From assembly GCA_963703345.1 (NCBI GenBank), contig OY969814.1, positions 2,080,001-2,144,000 on the forward strand: 64,000 nt of DNA. The letters run 5' to 3'. The DNA comes from an uncultured Chloroflexia bacterium (GTDB taxonomy: Bacteria; Chloroflexota; Dehalococcoidia; DSTF01; JALHUB01). Within the stretch, counting starts at the first letter, position 1. Each line of letters opens with the position of its first letter. Under the pieces are notes generated by a model, which had not been told where the DNA came from, ran no database searches, and saw only the letters and a list, made by a program, of their open reading frames with translations. Positions 36,697 through 46,303 of the stretch are shown piece by piece. A program made the translations under genes and the position numbers.

Positions 36697-37938
36697 ATGG
36701 CGAAAATCCCCGCTGTGCTAGTGATCGATCAGGACGCGAAGGCCCGCTACGAGTTGAAGAAGGCCATCAAGCAATCGAACTTCGTTATCGCCGGTGAGGC
36801 CGGCTTCGGCACCGAGGCGGTATCGACAGCGGTGGAGCTGAAGCCCGACGTCGTGCTCCTGGGCATGCGCGAGCCGGTCGTGCGCTCGATGCAGACCGTG
36901 GAGTCGCTGCTCAACGCCCTGCCGGAGACGCCGGTCATCGTCTATTCGTCGTCGCGCGACATCGACCTGGCGCGTCGGGCCATGCTGGCGGGCGCCCGCG
37001 ACTACTTGACGATGCCCGCGAGCACGGACGAAGTCGGCCGGTCCATAGTCTCCGTGCTGGAGTCGGAGGAGCGGCGGCAGATGCGGCTGCGCGGACAGAC
37101 GGCCGCCTGGGGCCCGCAGGGCAGCGTCATCGCCGTCTTTGGCGCCAAGGGAGGCGTCGGCAAGACGACAGTGGCGGTAAACCTGGCGGCGGCGCTTGTG
37201 CAGGAGACCGGGCAGTCGATCGTGCTGGTGGACGGGGACAACGGCTTCGGCGACGTCTGCGGGATGCTGGACATGCAGCCGGAGCGCAGCATCGTCGACC
37301 TGGCGCGCGACCTGTCGAAGGTGACGCGCGACACGCTCCCCAAGTACCTGATGCAACATTCGAGCGGGCTCAACGTGTTGGCCGCGCCGTCGCAGACGAT
37401 GGACTGGCGCAGCATCAAGCCCGACGACTTCCGCAAGATAATGGAACTGCTCTCCAAGAGCCATGACATTGTCGTTATCGACACCGCGGGCATCTTGAAC
37501 GATCTGACGCTGGCCGCTCTCCAGGCCGCGTCGCTGGTGCTATGGGTCGTGACGACTGAGTTCGCGAGCGTGCGCGATTCGCTGCGGGCGCTAGAGGCGT
37601 TGCGATCGGCGTCGTACCCGGAGGACAGGGTGCGCGTGATCACGAACGACCTGGCGACGCGCGACGGCGTCCGCACAACGACGATCGAAGAGGTGATGGG
37701 ACACGAGGTGTTCTGGAAGGTGCCCTTCGACCAGAAGGTGCGTCGCGACTCCCAGATCGGCGAGCCGGCGGTGCTGAAGCACCCGTTGACGGCGGGGGCG
37801 CGCAACCTCACAGACCTGGCACGGACGGTAGTCGGCATCAAGCCGGCGCGCCGGGGTCTATTCACTCGCTTGGGGCTATCCAGGGGCTGGGAAGGTGAAC
37901 GTCAGCGTAAGACCACCACAAAGGAGAGCCAGGCGTGA
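36697..37938 (+). CDS. cpaE: CpaE/TadZ receiver-MinD ATPase
   Basis: Atypical receiver domain, AM.AGARDYL, GAKGGVGKTT. Confidence 0.9.
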   Translation: MAKIPAVLVIDQDAKARYELKKAIKQSNFVIAGEAGFGTEAVSTAVELKPDVVLLGMREPVVRSMQTVESLLNALPETPVIVYSSSRDIDLARRAMLAGARDYLTMPASTDEVGRSIVSVLESEERRQMRLRGQTAAWGPQGSVIAVFGAKGGVGKTTVAVNLAAALVQETGQSIVLVDGDNGFGDVCGMLDMQPERSIVDLARDLSKVTRDTLPKYLMQHSSGLNVLAAPSQTMDWRSIKPDDFRKIMELLSKSHDIVVIDTAGILNDLTLAALQAASLVLWVVTTEFASVRDSLRALEALRSASYPEDRVRVITNDLATRDGVRTTTIEEVMGHEVFWKVPFDQKVRRDSQIGEPAVLKHPLTAGARNLTDLARTVVGIKPARRGLFTRLGLSRGWEGERQRKTTTKESQA

Positions 37939-39284
37939 TGAAAGAAATAGACGAGACCACAGAAATGGCGCGGCCGCCCATTCAAGTCGTACCCGACGAG
38001 GACGGACAGCGCATGTCCGAGGAAGAATTCGAGCTGGTGTTCAACGTCCATCAGAACCTGATCCGCGAGATCGACCTCGAGGCGGTGGAGAAGTTGGCTC
38101 CGGCGGAGGCGAGGGAGGCGGTGGAGGTGACGGCGCGTACCCTGCTGGGGCAGCTCGCGCCTTCAGTTTACGGCGAGGAGAAGGAGCGCGTCGTGCACCG
38201 CGTCGTCGACGAGGCGATCGGCCTGGGGCCTATCGAGCCGCTGCTCGGCGACACGTCGATCTCCGAGGTCATGGTCAACGCGCCGGACGAAGTCTACTAC
38301 GAGCGCGACGGCATCATGTACCTCTCGGACGTGCGCTTCCGCGACAAAGTGCACATCATGCGCATCATCGACCGGATCATCTCGCCGCTGGGTCGCCGCG
38401 TCGATGAGTCGTCGCCCTACGTTGACGCCCGCTTGCCGGACGGCTCGCGCGTCAACGTCATCATCCCGCCGCTGGTGCCCAAGAGCCCCATCCTGACGAT
38501 ACGCAAGTTCCGGCCGGACAAGTACACCATCGCGGACCTCATCGGCAACAACACGCTGACGGAGCAGCTATCGGATTTCCTCCAGGCGTGCGTGCGTCTG
38601 CGGTTGAACACGGTGATCTCCGGCGGCGCCGGCACCGGCAAGACGACGTTGCTCAACGCGATCTCCGCCTATATCCCGAGTAGTGAGCGGATCATTACCA
38701 TCGAAGACCCCATTGAGCTGAAGCTCCAGCAGAGCCACGTGATCTGCATGGAGGGACGGCCGCCGAACATCGAGGGCAAGAATGAGGTGACGCAGCGCGA
38801 CCTGTTCCGCAACGCTCTCCGTATGCGCCCGGACCGCATCATTGTCGGCGAAGTGCGCGGCCCAGAGGCGTTCGACATGATGCAGGCGATGAACACCGGC
38901 CACGAGGGGTCGATGACCACAGTACACGCCAACTCCACGCGCGACGCCCTGGCCCGCATCGAGAACATGGTGCTTATGGCCGGCCTCGATCTGCCCGTGC
39001 GCGCTATCCGCGAGCAGATGGCTTCGGCATTCCACCTCATGGTGCACCTTAGCCGCTCTGCCGACGGCCGCCGTCGCGTCACGCTTGTAAGCGAGATCAC
39101 GGGCATGGAGTCCCAGGTCGTCACGATGCAGGACCTCTTCCGTTTCGAGCAGACAGGCATCGACGCAGAGGGTCGCCTCTTTGGCGTCCTTGAGCCGACG
39201 GGCATCATGCCCACGTTCATGGACCGCTTCGCCAAGAGTGGCGTTAGCCTCGACTGGGGCGTACCGACCGGACTCAGGTTGTAA
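37935..39284 (+). CDS. cpaF: CpaF/TadA pilus assembly ATPase
   Basis: [43 protein letters not shown]. Confidence 0.96.
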   Translation: MMKEIDETTEMARPPIQVVPDEDGQRMSEEEFELVFNVHQNLIREIDLEAVEKLAPAEAREAVEVTARTLLGQLAPSVYGEEKERVVHRVVDEAIGLGPIEPLLGDTSISEVMVNAPDEVYYERDGIMYLSDVRFRDKVHIMRIIDRIISPLGRRVDESSPYVDARLPDGSRVNVIIPPLVPKSPILTIRKFRPDKYTIADLIGNNTLTEQLSDFLQACVRLRLNTVISGGAGTGKTTLLNAISAYIPSSERIITIEDPIELKLQQSHVICMEGRPPNIEGKNEVTQRDLFRNALRMRPDRIIVGEVRGPEAFDMMQAMNTGHEGSMTTVHANSTRDALARIENMVLMAGLDLPVRAIREQMASAFHLMVHLSRSADGRRRVTLVSEITGMESQVVTMQDLFRFEQTGIDAEGRLFGVLEPTGIMPTFMDRFAKSGVSLDWGVPTGLRL

Positions 39285-39287
39285 CTC

Positions 39288-40253
39288 ATGGTAGCCGGAC
39301 TTGCCGCAGCCTTCGTCCTTGTCGCGCTGCTTTGCGCCGCTGTCGGGTTCTACATGATGAATGCCGGCGGCGAAGAGGAGAGGCGTCTGCGCACCCTCAA
39401 GGCGCAGGGCTCCGCGCAGGGGGCGGAGGCGCGTTCATTGCTGCGACGCAGCGCCTCCGCAATACCCACGTTGCGGCGCGCCCTCGACACGAGCAGTTGG
39501 GCCGACCGCGCGGCCCTCGATCTGGACCGCGCGCATATCAGCCTGCGCGTCGGCGAGTACTTGATGATACGCATCTTTACGGCCGCGCTCCTGCTCGCGA
39601 TTCCCCTGCTCGTAGCTCATGGGCAAATCGTCGGGCTATTCGTGGCGATACCGCTGGCGCTCGTGGGGTTCATGCTTCCGGCCCTCTACGTGACGCTGAA
39701 GAAGCGACGCCGGCTGCACGCAATCGACCGCCAGCTCGTCGAAGGGCTGAGCCATATTGCCAACTCCATTCGTGCGGGCTTCGCGATGTTGCAGGCAATC
39801 GATGCCGCAGCTCAGCGGCTACAGCCGCCGCTGTCGGAGGAGTTCTCACGACTTGTCACTGACGTACGCCTCGGGGCAAGCCTGGAGGATGCTCTGACGG
39901 CGATGGGCGACCGTGTGGGCAGCTACGACCTAGACATGGTGATCACGGCGATCCTCATCCAGCGCAGCACCGGCGGCAACCTGTCGGAGGTGCTAGACAA
40001 CGTCGCAGAGACTATCCGGGAGCGAGACCGCATTACCGGCGAGGTGCGCGTGCTGACGGCCCAGATGCGTTTCGCGGCGTCGGTGCTTTCGCTCTGGCCG
40101 GTAGCGTTGGGAGGCATCTTCTTCCTGCTGAACCCGAACCTAATGTCGAACCTGTGGACGGAGCCGGCGGGAGTTGTCTTGCTCGTCATAGCAGTCGTGC
40201 TGCAAGTACTCGGATTTTTCACGATACGACGTATTGTTGCCATTGAGATATAG
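39288..40253 (+). CDS. tadB: TadB platform protein
   Basis: T2SSF domain, [17 protein letters not shown]. Confidence 0.92.
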   Translation: MVAGLAAAFVLVALLCAAVGFYMMNAGGEEERRLRTLKAQGSAQGAEARSLLRRSASAIPTLRRALDTSSWADRAALDLDRAHISLRVGEYLMIRIFTAALLLAIPLLVAHGQIVGLFVAIPLALVGFMLPALYVTLKKRRRLHAIDRQLVEGLSHIANSIRAGFAMLQAIDAAAQRLQPPLSEEFSRLVTDVRLGASLEDALTAMGDRVGSYDLDMVITAILIQRSTGGNLSEVLDNVAETIRERDRITGEVRVLTAQMRFAASVLSLWPVALGGIFFLLNPNLMSNLWTEPAGVVLLVIAVVLQVLGFFTIRRIVAIEI

Positions 40254-40261
40254 GTCGTGAG

Positions 40262-41173
40262 ATGTTCCTGCCAATCCTGAGCTCGGTCTTCGTCTTTCTC
40301 GCCGTAGGGTCGGTGGCCGTCTGGCGATTCCAGCAGGCGAACGCCCAGCTCAACGCCCGACTGCAGGCGCTGGCCGATCAGAGGGCGCAGTCGCTTGCCT
40401 TACGCGACATTCCTTTCGAGCATCGCGTGGTGTTGCCGGTCGTCGATGGCATTGCGAGCGCAATAATCGCCGCCCTACCGCCGGCGTTTATTGCCCGAAC
40501 GCGACGCACTCTCGTCGCCGCCGGCGACCCAATGGCACTCGTCACGTTTTTTGCGCTCGTCATCCTCCTGGCTGTGATGCTTCCGGGGACGTACCTCATC
40601 GTCGCCTACGCGGCTAACGGCAGCGCGCTTTCCGCCAAGATTATTCTTGGCGCGCCGCTGTTTGCGCTTCTCGGCGTGATGGTGCCATTCCTCTGGCTGC
40701 GACGTCGCGCCAGCCGGCGCCGGCTCATAATCTGGCGCGGCCTACCAGACGCCTTCGACCTGATGACGACCTGTGTCGAAGCCGGTCTGGGGCTCGACTC
40801 CGCCTTCCAGAAGGTTTCGGAAAAGCTCGGCGGCCCCGTCTCCGATGAGTTCGCGGAGATGCTACGCGAGGTGGCGATGGGCAAGACACGCCGCGAGGCT
40901 CTGCGTGACATGGGGGAGCGCACGGGTGTGCCCGACCTTCAGGCTTTCGCCAACACCATCGTTCAGGCGGAAGAGTTGGGAACGAGCCTGGGTGCAGCCT
41001 TACGGGCCCAAGCGGCCGATATGCGCCGCCGCCGCCGGCAGCATGCCGAAGAAGAGGCGCGGCGCGCACCGTCGAAGATGGTATTCCCTCTCGTCTTCTT
41101 CATCCTTCCCTCACTGTTCGTGGTCATCCTCGGACCGATCGCCATTGAGTTGATAAAGACTTTCAACAGTTAG
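40262..41173 (+). CDS. tadC: TadC platform protein
   Basis: LPDAFDL..CVEAGLG, Q.EELG, KMVFPL.FFILP. Confidence 0.92.
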   Translation: MFLPILSSVFVFLAVGSVAVWRFQQANAQLNARLQALADQRAQSLALRDIPFEHRVVLPVVDGIASAIIAALPPAFIARTRRTLVAAGDPMALVTFFALVILLAVMLPGTYLIVAYAANGSALSAKIILGAPLFALLGVMVPFLWLRRRASRRRLIIWRGLPDAFDLMTTCVEAGLGLDSAFQKVSEKLGGPVSDEFAEMLREVAMGKTRREALRDMGERTGVPDLQAFANTIVQAEELGTSLGAALRAQAADMRRRRRQHAEEEARRAPSKMVFPLVFFILPSLFVVILGPIAIELIKTFNS

Positions 41174-41186
41174 CGAGGGTCGTGTC

Positions 41187-42512
41187 GTGAAGGCCAAGAA
41201 ACATGTTGACGGACACGGCTCCCCCGCAGCACCAGACGACCACTATCGTCTCCTTCAACTGGATCCCGATGCCCCTCAACAACTGATCGCCGAGGCGTAC
41301 TGGTTTCTGGCCAGCCGGTTGCGCGCCGAAAAGCTCGTCAGGAGAAGCGCCGAACGCGAGCTCGTCGGGCTGAACGCCGCCTACCAGATCCTTGCCGTCG
41401 CCGAGCAGCGGCGCGCTTACGACGCGACGGTTGCGCGGGTGCTCGACCTCCGACGAGAACGCGCGGAGAGGATCGACGCTAGCCGGCAGTCGTTCCCGGG
41501 GCGTCTGTTCAGGAAACCGCAGCGGCCTCAGGTCGATTTCTACGAGTTGCTACGAGTCGATCCCGCTGCCGAGCCGCCGCTTATCGCGCGCGCCTACTCG
41601 ATGCTGCGGATGCTCCATTCGAAGAAAGCGGCCGGCGAGGCGCCGAAGGAATACCTCAGCGAGCTGGCGCAGGCGCGGGCCGTCCTCCTCGACCGCGCGC
41701 GTCGCGCCGCCTACGACAAGTCGCGGTTACAGCCGGCACCCGCGCCCGAAGCGAAGCCCGCCGAGGCGCCGGAAGTAGCTGCCGAGACCGTCGCCGTCAA
41801 ACCGAAGGCGGTAGAGCGGCCGGAAAGGCCTGCAAGCCCCGGGTGGCAGGCGCGCGCGGCGCCGGCAATGTCGAAGGCGCTCGGCGCCGCCGCGAAGGGA
41901 GGCGGTCGGCTCGCTGTTGCCAGTGGACGGATAGGTTATCGCGGCCTCTCCGTGACGGCAAAAGGCGGCGCCAAAGGTTTCGCAGCGACGCTCCGGGCCG
42001 GCGGGCGTGCCGCCGAGCGGTTGCGATCGTCGGAACCGGTCAAGAGGCCAGCGGCTCCGCTACCTGACGACCGCCTGCTCCGGGACATCTCTCCGGCGGC
42101 GAGAGCGCGGAGAATGGCGCTCGATGGCCCTCGCCACGGCCGCCTCGTCGTGCACAGTCCGGAGGGTCAGGAGGAGACAGTTGACCTAGGTGAGGAGCCC
42201 GTCACCCTGGGCAGCGACCGCGAGTGCGACGTTCGACTGGCCGCAGAGCCTGGGCCGGTGGCGCCCGCGCACGCTCAGATCTGGTTCACGGGAGAGCGTT
42301 TCGTCATCCGCTCCCTCGACCCGATACACCCGACAGTTCTCTGCGGGCAGAGAGTGAACTGGGCCGGCCTCGACGACGGCGACGAAATCGAGATCGGGCC
42401 GCACCGCTTGAGATTCGAGGCAGCCCATGCCTTGGACGCCCCGCCTGAATTCCTGACAACGGAACGCAACGCCGCAACCCGCGGGGAAGAAATTCCGGAA
42501 AGGCACGAATAA
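41187..42512 (+). CDS. Two J-domain-like repeats + linker + FHA-like domain
   Basis: DHYRLLQL..A..I..AY....LNAAY.IL...RRAYD and DFYELL.V..A..I..AY....VL.D..RR..YD; both lack HPD; C-terminal LDDGDEIEIG. Confidence 0.8.
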   Translation: MKAKKHVDGHGSPAAPDDHYRLLQLDPDAPQQLIAEAYWFLASRLRAEKLVRRSAERELVGLNAAYQILAVAEQRRAYDATVARVLDLRRERAERIDASRQSFPGRLFRKPQRPQVDFYELLRVDPAAEPPLIARAYSMLRMLHSKKAAGEAPKEYLSELAQARAVLLDRARRAAYDKSRLQPAPAPEAKPAEAPEVAAETVAVKPKAVERPERPASPGWQARAAPAMSKALGAAAKGGGRLAVASGRIGYRGLSVTAKGGAKGFAATLRAGGRAAERLRSSEPVKRPAAPLPDDRLLRDISPAARARRMALDGPRHGRLVVHSPEGQEETVDLGEEPVTLGSDRECDVRLAAEPGPVAPAHAQIWFTGERFVIRSLDPIHPTVLCGQRVNWAGLDDGDEIEIGPHRLRFEAAHALDAPPEFLTTERNAATRGEEIPERHE

Positions 42513-42513
42513 G

Positions 42514-43821
42514 ATGCGCAACCCTTCCCAGACGGCTGAGCCGGAAACAGTAGATGAGCAGATGCCGCGCGAGCCCGCGTTCTTGCGGGACACGGGCCTG
42601 GACACAGGATTTATCATCGAGCTGGTGTTGAAAGCGCTCTACTACAGCGCACGCCCGACGGCCGGCGATCTTGCGGACACGCTGGCCCTCTCGCTTCCGG
42701 TGATGCAGGAGGCCCTGGCGCTGCTCACGCGCGACGGCCTTTGTGAGATCGTTGCCGGCGAAGGACAGGGACCCGCCAGCTACCGCTACCGGCTAAGCAG
42801 CCGCGGCCTGGAGCGCTCAGCCAGCGCCTTCGAGCGCAACTCTTACGTGGGGCAGGCACCGGTGCCTCTGAAAGACTACATCGCCCAGGTGCGACTTCAG
42901 TCTGCGGGCGGTAGCGGCTTCACCGCAGAGGTCGTCCAAAAGGCGCTCTCCCAGCTCGTGCTCAGCGAACACACCAGCAATCGCGTCGGACGGGCGATAT
43001 CCTCCGGCCGGCCGACGCTTATCTACGGCCCTTCGGGAAACGGCAAGACAACAATTGCACACCTGCTCGGCCAGGCGCTTTCCGGCTATATCGCAATCCC
43101 ATACTCTCTGGAGGTATACGGCCACATCGTCCGGCTCTTCGATCCTTCAAAGCACCAGTTGGCGGAGTACGCTGAAAAGGGAAGGGACGTACGCACGCGC
43201 AGGCACGACCGTCGCTGGGCGATCACGCGGCGCCCCGCTGTGATGACGGGCGGCGAACTGACGCGTCAGGGCCTGGAGCTCGTGCTCGACGAGCGATCGA
43301 AGGTCTACGAGGCGCCGCTGCAGATGAAGGCTAACGGCGGCATCCTGATCATCGACGACTTCGGCAGGCAGCAGATACCGGCGGTGGAGCTACTGAACCG
43401 CTGGATCGTCGCGCTCGAGGGCGGCGTCGACCACCTGTCGCTGCACACGGGCCAGACAATCGAAGTGCCATTCGACGTCATTCCATTCTTCTCCACCAAC
43501 CTGCCGCCGGAATCCCTGGCGGACGAGGCATTCCTGCGTCGGATTCGCTACAAGGTGGAGATACCGGACCCCACAGACGAGGAGTTCCGGGCGATCTTCA
43601 CGCAGGTCTGCTACGACCAGAGAGTCGTTCTCCGACCCAGCGCGATCGATTACCTGTTCAAGCGCTGGTACGTGCCGCAGAAACGGGCGCTACGCGGCTG
43701 CCATCCGCGCGACTTGGTGGAGGCAATCGTCGATTCCACGCGATACAGCGACGGCGGCACGCCTACGGTAACGACACAGTCGCTGGACGAGGTCTGCCAC
43801 ACCTACTTCCTCACCGACTAA
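42514..43821 (+). CDS. AAA+ ATPase with N-terminal winged-helix-like domain
   Basis: Walker A GPSGNGKT, Walker B IIDDFGRQ, STN sensor, DEAFLRRI Arg finger; starts 1 nt after the J/FHA gene. Confidence 0.85.
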   Translation: MRNPSQTAEPETVDEQMPREPAFLRDTGLDTGFIIELVLKALYYSARPTAGDLADTLALSLPVMQEALALLTRDGLCEIVAGEGQGPASYRYRLSSRGLERSASAFERNSYVGQAPVPLKDYIAQVRLQSAGGSGFTAEVVQKALSQLVLSEHTSNRVGRAISSGRPTLIYGPSGNGKTTIAHLLGQALSGYIAIPYSLEVYGHIVRLFDPSKHQLAEYAEKGRDVRTRRHDRRWAITRRPAVMTGGELTRQGLELVLDERSKVYEAPLQMKANGGILIIDDFGRQQIPAVELLNRWIVALEGGVDHLSLHTGQTIEVPFDVIPFFSTNLPPESLADEAFLRRIRYKVEIPDPTDEEFRAIFTQVCYDQRVVLRPSAIDYLFKRWYVPQKRALRGCHPRDLVEAIVDSTRYSDGGTPTVTTQSLDEVCHTYFLTD

Positions 43822-43895
43822 AGTCCGAAACGCGCCGACAAGTCCGCTCGTTCTCGGACGGGATTCGGCCTCTCTAATGCCAAACTGTTTCCCGG

Positions 43896-44404
43896 ATGGG
43901 CGTCGATTCTAGTCAGCAGCGAGCTGCCGCCATCATTCTGTTCGCGCTGTTTAGGGGCAGGCGCCGGTCTGAAGTTCTCGTGTTGCGGGCGGCTGATCTG
44001 ACACGGAACGGCGGGAAAGTCTATTACGAATATCGTGGCAAGGGCGGCACGGTCAACCACAGGGGCTCCCCGAGCCAGTGTTCAAAGCCATTCTCAATGC
44101 CCTCGCCGCGGAAGGGAGGTCGCTCCAGGAGATGGGCGCGGGAGAGCGGCTGTTCGGAATTGGTGCGCACGGGTTCTACCTCAACCTAAGGCGACACCTG
44201 CGGAAGGCGAATCTGCCGTACACAGGCGTACACGTCCTGAGGCATTCAGCCGCGAAGCTGAGAAAAGACGCCGGGGAAGGCATTGAGCAGGTGTGGAAGT
44301 CCCTCGATCACTCTTCTCTTGCCGTCACGACGACCTAACTTCGACGGCTCGAAGGAGAGGGTGACAATAGTTGGCAGCCGGTCGCGCGGTTGCTTGAGAT
44401 GTAG
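43896..44404 (+). pseudogene. Tyrosine integrase pseudogene (N-terminally truncated, frameshifted, catalytic Tyr codon replaced by TAA)
   Basis: GRRRSEV and GKGG in one frame; H.LRHS, LDHSSLAVTTT* then LRRLEG in another; frameshift near 44064, TAA at 44336. Confidence 0.85.
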
Positions 44405-44450
44405 GTTCCTGAATCTTCCTCGCTGGTTCCCTCTGCGCGGTCGCGGATGT

Positions 44451-44816
44451 CTAAGCAGCAGCAGCTCCATCTTCTCGCTTGCGGGTACGCGACAAGTCGC
44501 GGAAGCGCTTATCAACCGCGGCCCGAGTTCGCCGCAGCTTCGCCTCTCCGTTGGGCCCGACCGGTAGCGACCAGTCGTCCGCCGCTCTTGACCGTTTGCG
44601 ACGATGCTTGCGCGCCACGTGGAGATCGAGCAGGCCTTGAGTTTCAGCAACGTCCGGCACTCCCTCCTCTGCTGAGAGAGAGCGAGGATCAACCTCCTCA
44701 TCCGAGGACAACGGTAAGCCCTCGCTGCCAACCTCGTCCTCGTTGACCTGAATCATGCGCTTCAGAGCCCACGCGCTCAATGCCATGACTGTCGCCAATG
44801 CCAGGAGTCTGCGCAT
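44451..44816 (-). CDS. Hypothetical protein with N-terminal hydrophobic segment
   Basis: ORF with signal-like start; GCCGATAA box upstream. Confidence 0.4.
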   Translation of the reverse strand: MRRLLALATVMALSAWALKRMIQVNEDEVGSEGLPLSSDEEVDPRSLSAEEGVPDVAETQGLLDLHVARKHRRKRSRAADDWSLPVGPNGEAKLRRTRAAVDKRFRDLSRTRKREDGAAAA

Positions 44817-45132
44817 TTCTTCGCCCCCGCGTGCCAATTAGATTATCGGCAGGCAACGGCCATTAGGAGACATTATTAGGCGTGGGGTGCCAATATTCCA
44901 TCCGTATCTGGGAGAGCGGCGAGTGGCAAACCAGGACCGCCAAATGCCGGCAGAGGAGCGCAAACCTTCTGCCTAGAAAGCATCTGCGCCTGAGCGCTGT
45001 GCAACAGAATCAGCACCCCTGAGCGAAAACGCGGAGGTTATCATCTGGAACGGCCCAGGTTCCTTGCGGTCGGCATCGGGACGCCGGCTCTGGCGGCGAT
45101 GCCCTCGAGAACGAGTACAACGGGTTGCTGGC

Positions 45133-45164
45133 GGGCCGCTGCTCTACCTCTGAGCTACGCTGGC
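45133..45164 (-). pseudogene. tRNA 5'-half fragment (Thr-like)
   Basis: GCCAGCG-TA-GCTC-AGAGGTA-GAGC-A-GCGGC: acceptor 5' strand plus D arm, no anticodon loop or T arm; TATGCT -10-like box upstream. Confidence 0.65.
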
Positions 45165-45311
45165 CCGAATGAAAGCATAGCCAACCGCCGGAGGGAATCA
45201 AACGCTGGCCAGGACCCGAAAGACACGCGGAGGGCCAGGAGTCTTTGCTTTGGCGGCCCACGGCCCTCCAACTGACGACGAGGGACTAGTCGTGCTTGGT
45301 TAGCCTGCCTA

Positions 45312-45821
45312 CTACGGCTGCTCCGTCTGCGTCGGCGTCGGCGTTGGCTCGTTGTTGTGCGACTTCGGGCCGTGCGGCTTCACGGCCTGACACGGAACAT
45401 TCACCTGCTTGCCCGACGGCACAATTTTGATTACCGTCTCGCCCTTGTCACAAACGCCGTCGCCGTTCTCAGGATGCTTGCTCGGATTGCTGTCGGGTAT
45501 CCCGACAACGTCGCGCTGGCCCTCGCCCGGAGTGGGCGTCGCCGTGTTGGTCGGCGTCGGCGTGTAGGTGTTAGCCGGCGTCGCCGTGTCCGTAGGCGTC
45601 GGCGTCGCGGTGTCCGTAGGCGTGGCCGTCGCCTCGTCAACCGCAATCGATTCGGCAGAGGGAGTCTCCGCCTGGCCGACCACTTGCGACGTGCCTCTGT
45701 CCACCCCCCGGAAGACGCTGTCCTGGGAAGCGAACGTCGCGGCGCTGCCGCTGGACAGAGCTGCCACCACGACCAATGCGATTGCCTTGTGCTTCATCGC
45801 TAGAATCAGCAAACTTCTCAT
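45312..45821 (-). CDS. Secreted Thr/Pro-rich protein
   Basis: AAGGAGG RBS, signal peptide, TPTDTA repeats, Cys pair. Confidence 0.75.
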   Translation of the reverse strand: MRSLLILAMKHKAIALVVVAALSSGSAATFASQDSVFRGVDRGTSQVVGQAETPSAESIAVDEATATPTDTATPTPTDTATPANTYTPTPTNTATPTPGEGQRDVVGIPDSNPSKHPENGDGVCDKGETVIKIVPSGKQVNVPCQAVKPHGPKSHNNEPTPTPTQTEQP

Positions 45822-46188
45822 ACTTCCTCCTTGCGAAAGCAGCGTTTTCTGGCGAGGGTCTACTGAATCAATCGGCACAAAGGCGGGGATCTGTGCCCCA
45901 ACGGCCCGGCTTTTCGCGTCGCCTTGCTTCTCTTCTCACCAGCCATATTGAGTTGCGAGCGGCAACGCTCTGACTAGTATAGGATAGTCGGAATCCGATC
46001 GCAATGCCTCGACGCGCTCGAGAATCCCGCACCACAGATAGATGAAAAACAGGTCCACCGCGACGGCGTCGGCCGCCGCAGTCGCCGTGGGCGCCGGGGG
46101 CAAGCCTCATCTCTATCGGCATTGTGCAACAGGCCGCGTGAGAACAATCGGCGGTCAGAGTCTGGAGAGTGAATTCTGTCTGTTGTTC

Positions 46189-46220
46189 TGGTGGGCGATG
46201 CAGGGCTCGAACCTGCGGCC
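46189..46220 (-). pseudogene. tRNA-Val-like 3'-end fragment (candidate att remnant)
   Basis: TGGTGGGCGATGCAGGGCTCGAACCTGCG on + strand resembles the 3' end of tRNA-Val at 5333; T arm and CCA intact, no D arm. Confidence 0.7.
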
Positions 46221-46303
46221 TTCTGGGTGATAGGCAGGCGGATTCCGGCCGGAATCCCTCTGCCTGAGTTGTGCGTTGCGGCTTGTCGCTGGAGCGCTAT
46301 CGC

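Noticed and set aside
45133-46220. Split or permuted tRNA assembled from the two fragments
   Set aside because: Acceptor strands are not complementary (GCCAGCG vs AUCGCCC), so they derive from different tRNAs
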